DNA from: Gemmatimonadota bacterium
GTDB taxonomy: Bacteria > Gemmatimonadota > Gemmatimonadetes > Gemmatimonadales > GWC2-71-9
DNA: 64,000 nt
Reading direction: 5' to 3'
Assembly: GCA_046726475.1 (NCBI GenBank)
Contig: JBKPAO010000032.1
Span: 28,800 to 92,799, forward strand
Of this stretch, positions 10,017 to 19,269 are shown one piece after another. A program made the position numbers and the translations under genes. Under the pieces are notes generated by a model. The model was not told the origin of the DNA. It made no database searches and was given only the letters and a program-made list of their open reading frames with translations. Position 1 is the stretch's first letter; every line of letters starts with the position of its first letter.

Positions 10017-10607
10017 CTACTCACGGTTTTCTAATAGTGCCGCAACATACTTCCCGATGGCATCGGCCTCGAGGTGAACCCTGTCTCCCACTCGCCGCTC
10101 ACCCAGCGTCGTGTGTTGTAAAGTAAACGGGATGAGTGAGATCTGGATTACTCCGGAGGCAGGTTTGCTGTTGACGGTGAGGCTCACGCCGTCCACCGTG
10201 ATGGAGCCGAGTGGGATTGAGATCCGGGCGACTTCGTCCGGGAGGCGCAGGTCCACGAGCCTGGCGTCATCCTGTTGCCTGACCCGTTCCACAGTTCCGA
10301 CGCCGTCCACGTGGCCTTGGACCAGATGGCCGCCGAGCCGGTCCCCGATTCGCAGCGCTCGCTCCAGATTAACTCTTTGACCCGATGCGTAGTCCCCAAA
10401 GCGCGTGCGCTCCAGGGATGTGCGGATCACGTGCGCAGTGAAGCCGCCGTCGTTAAGAGCCTGGACCGTCAGACAGGCGCCGTCCACCGCAACGCTTTCT
10501 CCCGGCGTGAGGTCAACATACGGAGCACCGATGGTCAGCTCGAGGCCTTCAGCGGATCGGTCCACCCGCCGGACCTCTCCAACCGCGGTGATGAGACCGG
10601 TAAACAT
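10017..10607 (-). CDS. ribE: Riboflavin synthase alpha chain
   Basis: MFTGLITAVGEV...GESVAVDGACLTV and the repeated half GSITVDGVSLTV. TGATG junction with ribD. Confidence 0.93.
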   Translation of the reverse strand: MFTGLITAVGEVRRVDRSAEGLELTIGAPYVDLTPGESVAVDGACLTVQALNDGGFTAHVIRTSLERTRFGDYASGQRVNLERALRIGDRLGGHLVQGHVDGVGTVERVRQQDDARLVDLRLPDEVARISIPLGSITVDGVSLTVNSKPASGVIQISLIPFTLQHTTLGERRVGDRVHLEADAIGKYVAALLENRE

Positions 10608-11680
10608 CAGGGGCGATCCAGGACCAGCAAGCTGTCGTCGCCGAGCACCCTGCGCTCAACCACCTTCCAGCGCTGGGCCTGCTCCAACCCCCTCGGGGGA
10701 AGCCCTGCCAGCGCGGGAACGCCTTGGTCGCCGAGCCAAAGGGGCGATTGGAACCAGTAGTAGCGATTGACCAGCCCGGCCCCTAACAGCGCTCCCGCAA
10801 GCTGCCCTCCGCCCTCGACCAGGAGCGACCGGATTCCAAGGCCATGAAGGGCCTGAAGCGCATCATCCAGCACGTCGGCGCGGAGCACCGTCACGCCAGC
10901 TGCTTCCAGTCGTTTGATTCTCGCCACGTCCGCGATGGGGGAGACGATCACGAATGTGGGAATCTCGGCTGCGGTGCGGATGAGCGTAAGCTGGGGCCCC
11001 AAGTCCGCCGCGCGATCGAACACCACCCGACGCGGTGGCACGCGAGGCTGGATGGTGCCTCTCACTGTCAGAGACGGATCATCGAGCCGGGCAGTTCGGC
11101 CCCCGACAGCAATAGCGTCGAATCCTGCCCGCAACCACTGGACGTACTCGCGGCTTTCCTGCCCGGAGATCCAGCGCGAGCGACCGAATCCGTCGGCTAT
11201 GCGGCCATCGACAGTGGTGGCGAGCTTGAGCGCTACGTAGGGATGGGTGGTGGGTGCAAGGGAGTGCAGGAAGATCGCGTTTTGGGCCGCGGCTGCGTCA
11301 CCCAGTGGTCCGAGCTCGACCTCAATGCCTGCATTGCGTAGCCGATCGCTTCCACCGGCAGCAAGCGGATTCGGATCCCTCAGGGCGGCGACGACCCGGC
11401 GGATACCTGACTGAATAATGGCTTCGGTGCAAGGCGGCTGCTTGCCTTGATGCGAGCAGGGCTCGAGAGTCACGACCATCGTCGCACCTCGAGCCCGTTC
11501 TCCCGCACCGGCCAGCGCCACCGCTTCGGCATGCCGCTCGCCAAATTCGGGATGCCAGCCTTCGCCGACGGCTTCACCGTCTTGCAATACCACCGCGCCC
11601 ACCAGAGGGTTCGGCTGTACCCGCCCCCAACCTCTCCAGGCGAGGTCGAGCGCGCGGGCCATGGCCTCCCGCTCGTTCAT
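10607..11680 (-). CDS. ribD: Bifunctional diaminohydroxyphosphoribosylaminopyrimidine deaminase / 5-amino-6-(5-phosphoribosylamino)uracil reductase
   Basis: 357 aa. Deaminase zinc motif HAEAVAL...PCSHQGKQPPC, followed by a reductase domain. Confidence 0.93.
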   Translation of the reverse strand: MNEREAMARALDLAWRGWGRVQPNPLVGAVVLQDGEAVGEGWHPEFGERHAEAVALAGAGERARGATMVVTLEPCSHQGKQPPCTEAIIQSGIRRVVAALRDPNPLAAGGSDRLRNAGIEVELGPLGDAAAAQNAIFLHSLAPTTHPYVALKLATTVDGRIADGFGRSRWISGQESREYVQWLRAGFDAIAVGGRTARLDDPSLTVRGTIQPRVPPRRVVFDRAADLGPQLTLIRTAAEIPTFVIVSPIADVARIKRLEAAGVTVLRADVLDDALQALHGLGIRSLLVEGGGQLAGALLGAGLVNRYYWFQSPLWLGDQGVPALAGLPPRGLEQAQRWKVVERRVLGDDSLLVLDRP

Positions 11681-11687
11681 TGCCGCG

Positions 11688-12644
11688 CTAGAAGCTCACC
11701 CGCAGGCCGAGGCCGGCGAATAACTTCCCCTTAGTGGTATCAAAATCCTCAAAATCGGTCGACAGGTTCTGGTCCTTCCCGCCCTGATAGCCCACCTCGC
11801 CGGTCAGTCGCACCATCGACATGCTGACTCCGGCGTTCACGAAGCCGAGGACGCGAGAGTCGCTCAACTCCACCGGGACATTCGGCTGCAGCACTGAGGT
11901 GATCGGGTCACGGAACTGAATGACGGCATCTCCGGTGTACTTATCCAATCCCAGGCCGGCGGCCATGTCGAGGATCGCAACCTGCTTACTCGCGATCAGC
12001 CGCAGGTTCGTGGCATACAGGTCCAACCCATAGCTGTAGCGATCGCCGGCGGGTACATCGCCATAGGTGACGCGGGGAATATTACGCCGCATGACGCTGA
12101 CCGATACATCCGGGAGGGAACCGGTGCCCCGCAGAAGGCCGACCCGAGCCCCATAGCCCAGGCCCAGTGCAATGCTGCCGATCCGGCGCGCGTTCTGGTC
12201 AACCGAAAAATTCTGGATCTGATTGGTAGGAAGGAGCTGAGCGGAACCGAGAAAATCCACTGCGAGAAATCCGGATGGCATTCCCTTGTACAGCCCCAGA
12301 GAGCCCTCGACCAGGGGAGCGGGCATGTAGAGCTGGTCGCCAGCTGGAACGGTGGAGCTACTCCCGGTGTAGCTGAGGTCAGGAAGTACCACGTTGATCG
12401 CGTTGGCCCGGAGGGTCAGTGAGGCGTGGCCCAGGCCGCCCAAGGTCGCCGCCGAACCGATGGTGGGGTTGCCGCCGCTCACCAGCATGCCGAAGAGCGG
12501 GTGGAACGCCCGAGTACCATCCACTGCAGCAGTGCACACCCGTTCCGCATTTCCGACGTACGTGGCGCACTCTGGGGCCTGGGCCCCGGCGCGGGCAACG
12601 ACGACAACGAGGAAAAACCCGGCCATGAGGTGCACGGAGCGCAT
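11688..12644 (-). CDS. Putative outer-membrane beta-barrel protein (unknown function)
   Basis: Signal peptide MRSVHLMAGFFLVVVVARAGAQA. Alternating-hydrophobic, G/Y-rich body. C-terminal GLGLRVSF (terminal Phe, an OMP signature). Confidence 0.6.
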   Translation of the reverse strand: MRSVHLMAGFFLVVVVARAGAQAPECATYVGNAERVCTAAVDGTRAFHPLFGMLVSGGNPTIGSAATLGGLGHASLTLRANAINVVLPDLSYTGSSSTVPAGDQLYMPAPLVEGSLGLYKGMPSGFLAVDFLGSAQLLPTNQIQNFSVDQNARRIGSIALGLGYGARVGLLRGTGSLPDVSVSVMRRNIPRVTYGDVPAGDRYSYGLDLYATNLRLIASKQVAILDMAAGLGLDKYTGDAVIQFRDPITSVLQPNVPVELSDSRVLGFVNAGVSMSMVRLTGEVGYQGGKDQNLSTDFEDFDTTKGKLFAGLGLRVSF

Positions 12645-12655
12645 CGTATTCTCCC

Positions 12656-13690
12656 TTACGGACGGGCGAAACGCACGGTCCTATTGCCTCGCTGAATCTC
12701 GCCCATCACCCATGTGGTGACCCCGTCCTGCGTCGCAGCGGCCTGAGCGTCCGCTACCGCGTCGGGGGGCAGTACGGCGACGAGCCCCACCCCAAGGTTG
12801 AAAACGTCACGCATTTCCTGAGTGGAGACTTGCCCCGCCTGCTGCAGAGTTCTGAAGAGCGGTGGCCATTCCCAGGCGCCGGGATCGACCACTGCGACGC
12901 AGTGCTGAGGCAATATCCGCACCAGGTTACCAGGGATTCCTCCTCCAGTGATATGGGCCAGCCCGTGCAGCCGCTCCAGAACCGGGGCAACGGCACGGTA
13001 GTAACTCCGATGGACCGCCAGCAGCGTTTCTCCGACGGTGCCGGCTCCTTCCAGGCGGTCGTTCAGGGCGAGCTTCATCTTCTCGAAGATGATCCGACGA
13101 GCCAGAGTGTAACCGTTGGTGTGCAGGCCGGTCGATGCATAGCCCAGCAACAGATCGCCTGGAGTAATCGCGTCACCGTGGAGGGCTCGGTCCTCTTCGA
13201 CCACCCCGACGATGGTGCCCGCGAGGTCGTAGGTCCCGGGTCGGTACAGTCCCGGCATCTGTGCCGTCTCCCCCCCCGCAAGGGCCATCTCATGGGCTCG
13301 GCACCCACGGGCGATTCCCTCGACGACCGCGGCTATCTGCTGCACCTCGAGTCCCGATCCCGCGATGTAATCCATGAAGGCGAGGGGCATGGCGCCGTGG
13401 ACCAGGATGTCATTCACGCTATGGTTGACCAGGTCCTCCCCCACCGTATCGAACCGCCCAGCCTCCAAGGCAACCAGCACCTTCGTTCCCACGCCGTCGG
13501 TGCTCAGTACCAGCGTCGGCTTTCTCAAGCCTGCGGGGATTCGGACCATTCCCCCGAAAGCACCGATTGGCCCGGTCGAGTAAGCCGTGCGGGTACCGGC
13601 AACGAGTTGGCTGATCCTGGATTTCGCCGCCTCGGCAGTCTCAAGATCTACGCCGGCAGCGGCGTACTCCGGCGCTTCGTGGGCGATCAT
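12656..13690 (-). CDS. purM: Phosphoribosylformylglycinamidine cyclo-ligase (AIR synthetase)
   Basis: 344 aa. YAAAGVDLETAEAAK...LVLSTDGVGTKV...DYIA is the typical PurM sequence. Confidence 0.95.
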   Translation of the reverse strand: MIAHEAPEYAAAGVDLETAEAAKSRISQLVAGTRTAYSTGPIGAFGGMVRIPAGLRKPTLVLSTDGVGTKVLVALEAGRFDTVGEDLVNHSVNDILVHGAMPLAFMDYIAGSGLEVQQIAAVVEGIARGCRAHEMALAGGETAQMPGLYRPGTYDLAGTIVGVVEEDRALHGDAITPGDLLLGYASTGLHTNGYTLARRIIFEKMKLALNDRLEGAGTVGETLLAVHRSYYRAVAPVLERLHGLAHITGGGIPGNLVRILPQHCVAVVDPGAWEWPPLFRTLQQAGQVSTQEMRDVFNLGVGLVAVLPPDAVADAQAAATQDGVTTWVMGEIQRGNRTVRFARP

Positions 13691-14607
13691 CCCAGCGCCT
13701 CGGCAAGGGCGACGTGGGTGAGGTCCTGAAACGACCGAACCCGCTTTTCAACCTCCGGCAGGGTGACCCGCTCGAAACCACGAATCCCGAATTGCTCGAC
13801 GGCGTACGAGCCCATTGCCGCGCCATACACCATCGCACGGCGCACGTTGTCCTCGGCCACCGATTGAGTACGCGCCAGGTAAGCCATGAATCCACCGGCG
13901 AAGGCGTCGCCGGCGCCGGTGGGGTCAAAGACGTTTTCCAAAGGGTAGGCGGGAACATAGAAGGTCCGCTTGGGCTCGATCAGCAGGGCGCCGTGCTCGC
14001 CCTGCTTGATCACCACCCGCTTGGGTCCCTGCCCCAGAATCCAGCGGCCTGCCCGATGAATGTTCCAGTCGCCGCTCAGCTCCCGCGCTTCACTGTCATT
14101 TACCATGAGGACATCGACGCGGGACAGGAGTTGCAGCAACGCCGGCTTCTTGCTTTGGATCCAGTAGTTCATCGTATCGCACACCACCAGCTCCGGCCGC
14201 TGCACCTGCTCCAAGACCCCGAGCTGCAGGTCGGGATCGATGTTCCCCAGAAAGAGATATCGTGCCGAGCGAAACGAGGTGGGAAGTCGCGGCTGGAAAT
14301 CGGCAAAGACCCCGAGCCGGGTTTCCAGCGTCTCCCGACTCTGGAGATCGTAGGAGTACTTGCCCTTCCAGCGGAAGCTCTCTCCATCGGCTTTCTCCAC
14401 TCCGGACCAGTCGATCCCCCGTGGAGCGAGCCGCTCGAGTTCTTGATAAGGGTAGTCTTTGCCGACCACCCCGACGACCTGGACGGGGTGCAGAATGGAC
14501 CCTGCCACACTGAAATACACAGCGGATCCGCCCAGCGCATCCGCGGTCTCGCCAAAGGGCGTGAAGATCGAGTCGAGTGCGATGCTGCCGACTACCAGGA
14601 GAGTCAT
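13687..14607 (-). CDS. PfkB-family carbohydrate/nucleoside kinase
   Basis: The internal ATG at 14605-14607 lies 4 nt after the argS stop. Product MTLLVVGSIALDSIFTPFGE...DPTGAGDAFAGGF carries the PfkB signature. Substrate unknown. Confidence 0.85.
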   Translation of the reverse strand: MTLLVVGSIALDSIFTPFGETADALGGSAVYFSVAGSILHPVQVVGVVGKDYPYQELERLAPRGIDWSGVEKADGESFRWKGKYSYDLQSRETLETRLGVFADFQPRLPTSFRSARYLFLGNIDPDLQLGVLEQVQRPELVVCDTMNYWIQSKKPALLQLLSRVDVLMVNDSEARELSGDWNIHRAGRWILGQGPKRVVIKQGEHGALLIEPKRTFYVPAYPLENVFDPTGAGDAFAGGFMAYLARTQSVAEDNVRRAMVYGAAMGSYAVEQFGIRGFERVTLPEVEKRVRSFQDLTHVALAEALG

Positions 14608-14611
14608 GAAA

Positions 14612-16249
14612 TCACATCCGGTCCGGAGCGGAGATGCCGAGCACGCCGAGGGCGTTGGCGAGGACAATACGCGCCGCCCGGGCCAGCAGAAGACGGGCGT
14701 GTTCGGTTGCGGGGCCTTCGGGAGCACCGAGAGCGCGGGTGTGGTGATACCAGTTGTGCACGATGGTCGCCAATTCGTGGAGATAGGTCGTGATCCGATG
14801 CGGCTCCCGCTCGCGGGCCGCGCTCTCCACGACCTCGGGAAAGAGAGCCAGCTTCTTGAGCAGCTCGGTGTCCTGCGGTGCCGGAAGGGCTTCGAGATCT
14901 AGGTCACCACCGACCGACGCGGGATCGCGCTCGGCGGTCCGAAAGATTCCGCTCAACCGCGCGTGTGCCATCTGCACATAAAACACCGGATTCTCGTCGG
15001 TCTGCTTGCGAGCGAGCTCGACGTCGAACACGAGCTGTGATTCGCCACGGCGCATCAGAAAGTAGTAGCGCACCGCATCGCGTCCGACGTCCTCGATGAG
15101 GTCGCGTACGGTGACGGAGGTCCCCGCCCGTTTGGAGATCTTCAGCTCCTCGCCGGCCTTGGTGACCATCACCATCTGATGCAGTACATATTCCGGATAG
15201 TCGGGTGGCACCCCGATCCCGAGCGCCTGGAGCCCGGCGCGCACTCGCGTGACAGTGCTGTGGTGATCGGCACCCTGCACGTTGATCGCTTGCCGAAAGC
15301 CCCGCTCCCATTTCGTAACGTGGTAGGCCACGTCGGGCACGAAATAGGTGTAGGTCCCGTCCGACTTCCGCATGACGCGGTCCTTGTCATCACCCAGCGC
15401 AGTCGTTCGCAGCCAGAGAGCCCCTTCACTCTCGTAGGTCAACCCGCGAGCGCCGAGCTCGGCGACCACCGCCTCCACCTTTCCATCTTGGTACAGCGAG
15501 GACTCGAGGAAGTACACGTCAAAGGCCACGCCCAGGGCCTTCAGATCCAGATCCTGCTCCAGCCTTAGCTCGCGAACCGCCACCCGCTGGATCTGGTCGA
15601 GCCGATCAGCCCGCGGATCCTGGGGAAACTCGCGAACGTACGTGGCTGCGATCTCCTTGATGTACTCGCCATGGTAGCCGCCTTCGGGGATGACCAAAGG
15701 CTCGCCGGCAGCCTCCCTGACCCGGGCCTGGACGCTGAGGGCCAGATTGGCGATCTGGACACCTGCGTCGTTGTAGTAGTACTCACGGCAAACGGAGTGG
15801 CCGGTCCATTCGAGCAGTGACGCGATCGCGTCGCCCAGCGCAGCCTGCCGTCCGTGTCCGACGTGGAGGGGCCCTGTTGGGTTGGCGGAAACGAACTCCA
15901 CATTGACCAGGGCGCCCTGGCCAACATTGCTTCGACCGTAATCAGCTCCTTCGGAAAGAATCCGACGGTGGGTCGTTACCAGCTGGTCCTCGGCCAGCCA
16001 GAAGTTGATGAACCCAGGGCCGGCGATTTCCGTTTTGGCGATCAGGCTGGGAGGAAGCTGTAGCTCTTGGAGAATGCGCTCTGCGGTCTTCCGAGGGTTG
16101 GCTCGCTCGCGGCGCGCGAGCAGCATGGCAAGATTGGTAGCCAGATCGCCATGCCCGGCATCTCGGGGACGTTCCAGGACAAAGTCCAGACCATCGGCGC
16201 CGAGCCGCGCGGCCACCCGCGACAGCTCGGCGCGAAGCGTATCATTCAC
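14612..16249 (-). CDS. argS: Arginine--tRNA ligase
   Basis: 545 aa. SANPTGPLHVGHGRQA (HIGH-type motif) plus the ArgRS N-terminal and DALR-type C-terminal pattern. The GTG start overlaps the fmdB stop (GTGA). Confidence 0.95.
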   Translation of the reverse strand: MNDTLRAELSRVAARLGADGLDFVLERPRDAGHGDLATNLAMLLARRERANPRKTAERILQELQLPPSLIAKTEIAGPGFINFWLAEDQLVTTHRRILSEGADYGRSNVGQGALVNVEFVSANPTGPLHVGHGRQAALGDAIASLLEWTGHSVCREYYYNDAGVQIANLALSVQARVREAAGEPLVIPEGGYHGEYIKEIAATYVREFPQDPRADRLDQIQRVAVRELRLEQDLDLKALGVAFDVYFLESSLYQDGKVEAVVAELGARGLTYESEGALWLRTTALGDDKDRVMRKSDGTYTYFVPDVAYHVTKWERGFRQAINVQGADHHSTVTRVRAGLQALGIGVPPDYPEYVLHQMVMVTKAGEELKISKRAGTSVTVRDLIEDVGRDAVRYYFLMRRGESQLVFDVELARKQTDENPVFYVQMAHARLSGIFRTAERDPASVGGDLDLEALPAPQDTELLKKLALFPEVVESAAREREPHRITTYLHELATIVHNWYHHTRALGAPEGPATEHARLLLARAARIVLANALGVLGISAPDRM

Positions 16250-16596
16250 TCGGAGGTAGCCTTTCCCTTGCTGGGCCGCGGATTCGCTTTGCCCGAAGCG
16301 GTCTCGGACTTCGCAGCCGGAGTCGATCCCGGTCTTGCGGCGTCCGCCTTCCCTTCGGAGGCTGGCTTGGACTCAGCGGCAGGCCTCTCCGATTCCGGCT
16401 TGCGCGGCCCCTTGCCGTCCTTCCCATAATCGGTGATGTAGAATCCGCTGCCTTTGAATACCAGACCGGCACCACCGGAGATCTTCCGCGTTGCCGGTTT
16501 CCCACACACCGGGCACTTGGCTCGCGGCTTGTCGGTCATCTTCTGGAATTTCTCGAAAAGATGCCCGTCCGGGCACTGATATTCGTAGGTGGGCAT
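16246..16596 (-). CDS. FmdB/CxxC_CxxC_SSSS-type zinc-ribbon protein with a disordered K/P/S/A-rich tail
   Basis: MPTYEYQCPDGHLFEKFQKMTDKPRAKCPVCGKPATRKISG is the characteristic FmdB-family ribbon. Confidence 0.8.
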   Translation of the reverse strand: MPTYEYQCPDGHLFEKFQKMTDKPRAKCPVCGKPATRKISGGAGLVFKGSGFYITDYGKDGKGPRKPESERPAAESKPASEGKADAARPGSTPAAKSETASGKANPRPSKGKATSE

Positions 16597-16631
16597 GGCC
16601 GCTCAAGTGAGGTAAATGAAACCAGCCAAGA

Positions 16632-16660
16632 AACTTAGCGGAGGACTCCACAGCGTTCAA
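16632..16660 (-). promoter_or_regulatory. Candidate sigma70-type promoter upstream of fmdB-argS
   Basis: The minus strand reads TTGAAC-17 nt-TAAGTT inside the 78-nt mcm/fmdB spacer, one of the few AT-richer gaps. No experimental support. Confidence 0.25.
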
Positions 16661-16674
16661 GGAATCGGCATGAC

Positions 16675-18210
16675 CTACGACGGGCGGTACACACCCCACA
16701 CCTGACGCAGGGTGTCACTAATCTCGCCTAGGGTGGCCCGGGCTCGGACGGCGGTGATTATCGGCGGCATGAGGGGCTCCGTTCCGCGGGCAACCCGCCC
16801 GAGGTCCGTCAGCGCTGCCGTGACCGATTCGGCATTCCGCTCGCGTTTGATTTGAGCGAGACGAATTCGCTGCTGGTCTTCCAACGACGAGAAGTCTGGG
16901 TTGTCAATTGAGCTCGGCGGCGAATCGTCGCTGAATCGGTTCACGCCCACGACGACACGCTCACCGGACTCCTGGGCTTTTTGGAGCTGGTAAGCACTCT
17001 GGGCGATGGCTTCCTGAAAGAAGCCTCGCTCGATCGCACGGGCCGCTCCGCCCAATCGATCGACTTCGGCAATCAGCTCGCGGGCCCCAGCCTCGATGGA
17101 GTCGGTTAGGGCCTCGACGTAATAGCTCCCGGCCAATGGATCTATTACACCGGCGACTCCGGACTCGTACCCCAGAATCTGCTGGGTGCGGAGCGCCAGC
17201 GTCGCCGATTCAGCAGTCGGAAGGGCGAGTGCTTCGTCATAGCCGTTGGTGTGCAGCGATTGGGTGCCACCTAAAACCGCGGCGAGTGCCTGGACAGTTA
17301 CTCGCACCACGTTGTTGAGCGGCTGCTGTGCCTGAAGGGTCACGCCACCGGTCTGAGTATGAAAGCGCATCCTCGCCGTCGCCTCACCGGCACCAAACCG
17401 CTCCCGGACCAAGCGAGCCCACAAGCGCCGCGCCCCCCGAAATTTGGCAGCTTCCTCGAAGAGATCGTTGTGACTGGCAAAGAAGAAGGAGAGCCGCGGG
17501 CCAAAGGTGTCTACCGCCAACCCCGCCTGAAGACAGACATTCATGTATTCCAGGGCGTTTGCGAGAGTGAACCCGACCTCCTGGACCGCGGTCGCCCCCG
17601 CCTCACGCATGTGGTAGCCGCTGATGGAGATGGGATTGAAACTCATCGCCTGGTCACCCACGAAGCGGACGATGTCGGCCACCAACCTGAGGGAAGGAGC
17701 CGCCGGGTAGATGTACGTGCCGCGGGCGACATACTCCTTGAGCACGTCGTTCTGAACCGTGCCAGTCAGCTGCTTCGCGGCGATCCCCTGCTCTTCCCCG
17801 GTCACGACGTACATGGCGAGGAGGATCGCCGCGGTAGCATTGATCGTCATCGAGGTGGAGACGCGATCCAGTGGGATGTCGCGAAATAATTCCTTCAGAT
17901 CATCCACGGTATCGATGGCAACGCCGACGCGCCCTACTTCGCCCTGCGCCATGGGATGGTCGGAGTCGTAGCCCATCTGGGTCGGGAGATCGAACGCGGT
18001 CGAGAGACCCATCTGCCCCGCCGCAAGCAGTTGTCGAAAGCGGCGGTTGGTTTCCTGGGCCGTTCCGAAGCCGGCGTACTGGCGCATGGTCCAGAGCCGG
18101 GTCGTGTACATGCTGGGGTAGGGACCGCGGGTGAAGGGAAATTCGCCAGGACGGCCAAGGTCCCGGGCCGGGTCACCGGACCAGTCGTCCGGGCCATAGA
18201 CGGTTTTCAC
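16675..18210 (-). CDS. Methylmalonyl-CoA mutase-family catalytic (substrate-binding barrel) subunit, no B12-binding domain
   Basis: 511 aa. [30 protein letters not shown]...[17 protein letters not shown]. The ORF ends before any DxHxxG cobalamin domain. The GTG start overlaps the fbp stop. Confidence 0.9.
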   Translation of the reverse strand: MKTVYGPDDWSGDPARDLGRPGEFPFTRGPYPSMYTTRLWTMRQYAGFGTAQETNRRFRQLLAAGQMGLSTAFDLPTQMGYDSDHPMAQGEVGRVGVAIDTVDDLKELFRDIPLDRVSTSMTINATAAILLAMYVVTGEEQGIAAKQLTGTVQNDVLKEYVARGTYIYPAAPSLRLVADIVRFVGDQAMSFNPISISGYHMREAGATAVQEVGFTLANALEYMNVCLQAGLAVDTFGPRLSFFFASHNDLFEEAAKFRGARRLWARLVRERFGAGEATARMRFHTQTGGVTLQAQQPLNNVVRVTVQALAAVLGGTQSLHTNGYDEALALPTAESATLALRTQQILGYESGVAGVIDPLAGSYYVEALTDSIEAGARELIAEVDRLGGAARAIERGFFQEAIAQSAYQLQKAQESGERVVVGVNRFSDDSPPSSIDNPDFSSLEDQQRIRLAQIKRERNAESVTAALTDLGRVARGTEPLMPPIITAVRARATLGEISDTLRQVWGVYRPS

Positions 18211-19247
18211 AATGCAGGTTGTGAAACCGGGCCACTCGCTCGCGCCGCCGTGCGGCGCAGCGTATCGGCGACGTAGCCGACGTCCTCCCGGGAGCCGATC
18301 ACCAAGGGGGTGCGTTGATGCAGCTCTTGCGGAACTATATCGAGGATCCGCTGTACTCCATCGGTCGCAGATCCTTCGGCCTGCTCGGCGATGAAGGCCA
18401 TCGGGCTGGCTTCATACAAGAGCCGCAGCTTCCCCCGTGGGTTCTTGGTGTCTGCCGGATAGAGGAAAATCCCACCGCTGATCAGGTTGCGGTGAAAATC
18501 GCCGACCAGCGAGCCGATGTATCGGCTGTTCTTCGGGCTCACGCCGTCACTCAAATCGCCCTTCAAACCCCGTACTGCGGTCTGCATTCCCTTATCCCAG
18601 CGGTGGAAGTTGCTCTCGTTTACGCTGTAGTACGTGCCGACACGGGGAGTGATGATCCGCGGATGGGAGAGCAGGAACTCACCGATGGTGGGATCCAGTG
18701 TGAATCCGTGGGCACCTTGTCCCGTGGTGTACACCAGCATCGTGCTGGAGCCGTACATCACATAGCCGGCGGCAACTTGCTTGCAACCGGGCTGGAGCAC
18801 ATCGCCGGCCGTACCCCGGCCATGCATGCTGACGCGGCGATAAATGCTGAAGATGGTGCCGACCGCCGAGTTCACATCGATGTTGGAGGAACCGTCGAGC
18901 GGATCGAATAGGACGGCGTACTTTCCCGCCGCGTACTCCGGTGGAACCGGGATAATGTCCTGATCCTCCTCCGAACCCATCGCGCAGACCCGGCCGGTGT
19001 GCTTCAGGCAGTTCTTGATGGTCTCGTTGGCGAAGACGTCGAGCTTTTGCTGTTCCTCCCCTTGCACATTTTGAATCCCGGCAGTCCCCAGGATGTTCAC
19101 CAGCCCAGCCCGCCGGATTGCGGCGGCAATGATCTTGCTGGCCAACGCGATATCATAGAGCAGGTTGGACAACTCACCCGTTGCTTCCGGGTAGCGGTCT
19201 TCCTGGTCGAGGATGAACCGCTCAATTGTCGTTACCGATGTTTCCAA
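18207..19247 (-). CDS. fbp: Fructose-1,6-bisphosphatase class 1
   Basis: 346 aa. [12 protein letters not shown]...[24 protein letters not shown] start preceded by GAGGAGG at 5-nt spacing. Confidence 0.93.
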   Translation of the reverse strand: METSVTTIERFILDQEDRYPEATGELSNLLYDIALASKIIAAAIRRAGLVNILGTAGIQNVQGEEQQKLDVFANETIKNCLKHTGRVCAMGSEEDQDIIPVPPEYAAGKYAVLFDPLDGSSNIDVNSAVGTIFSIYRRVSMHGRGTAGDVLQPGCKQVAAGYVMYGSSTMLVYTTGQGAHGFTLDPTIGEFLLSHPRIITPRVGTYYSVNESNFHRWDKGMQTAVRGLKGDLSDGVSPKNSRYIGSLVGDFHRNLISGGIFLYPADTKNPRGKLRLLYEASPMAFIAEQAEGSATDGVQRILDIVPQELHQRTPLVIGSREDVGYVADTLRRTAARASGPVSQPAL

Positions 19248-19269
19248 CGCGCCTCCTCAGCTGCCGTTA

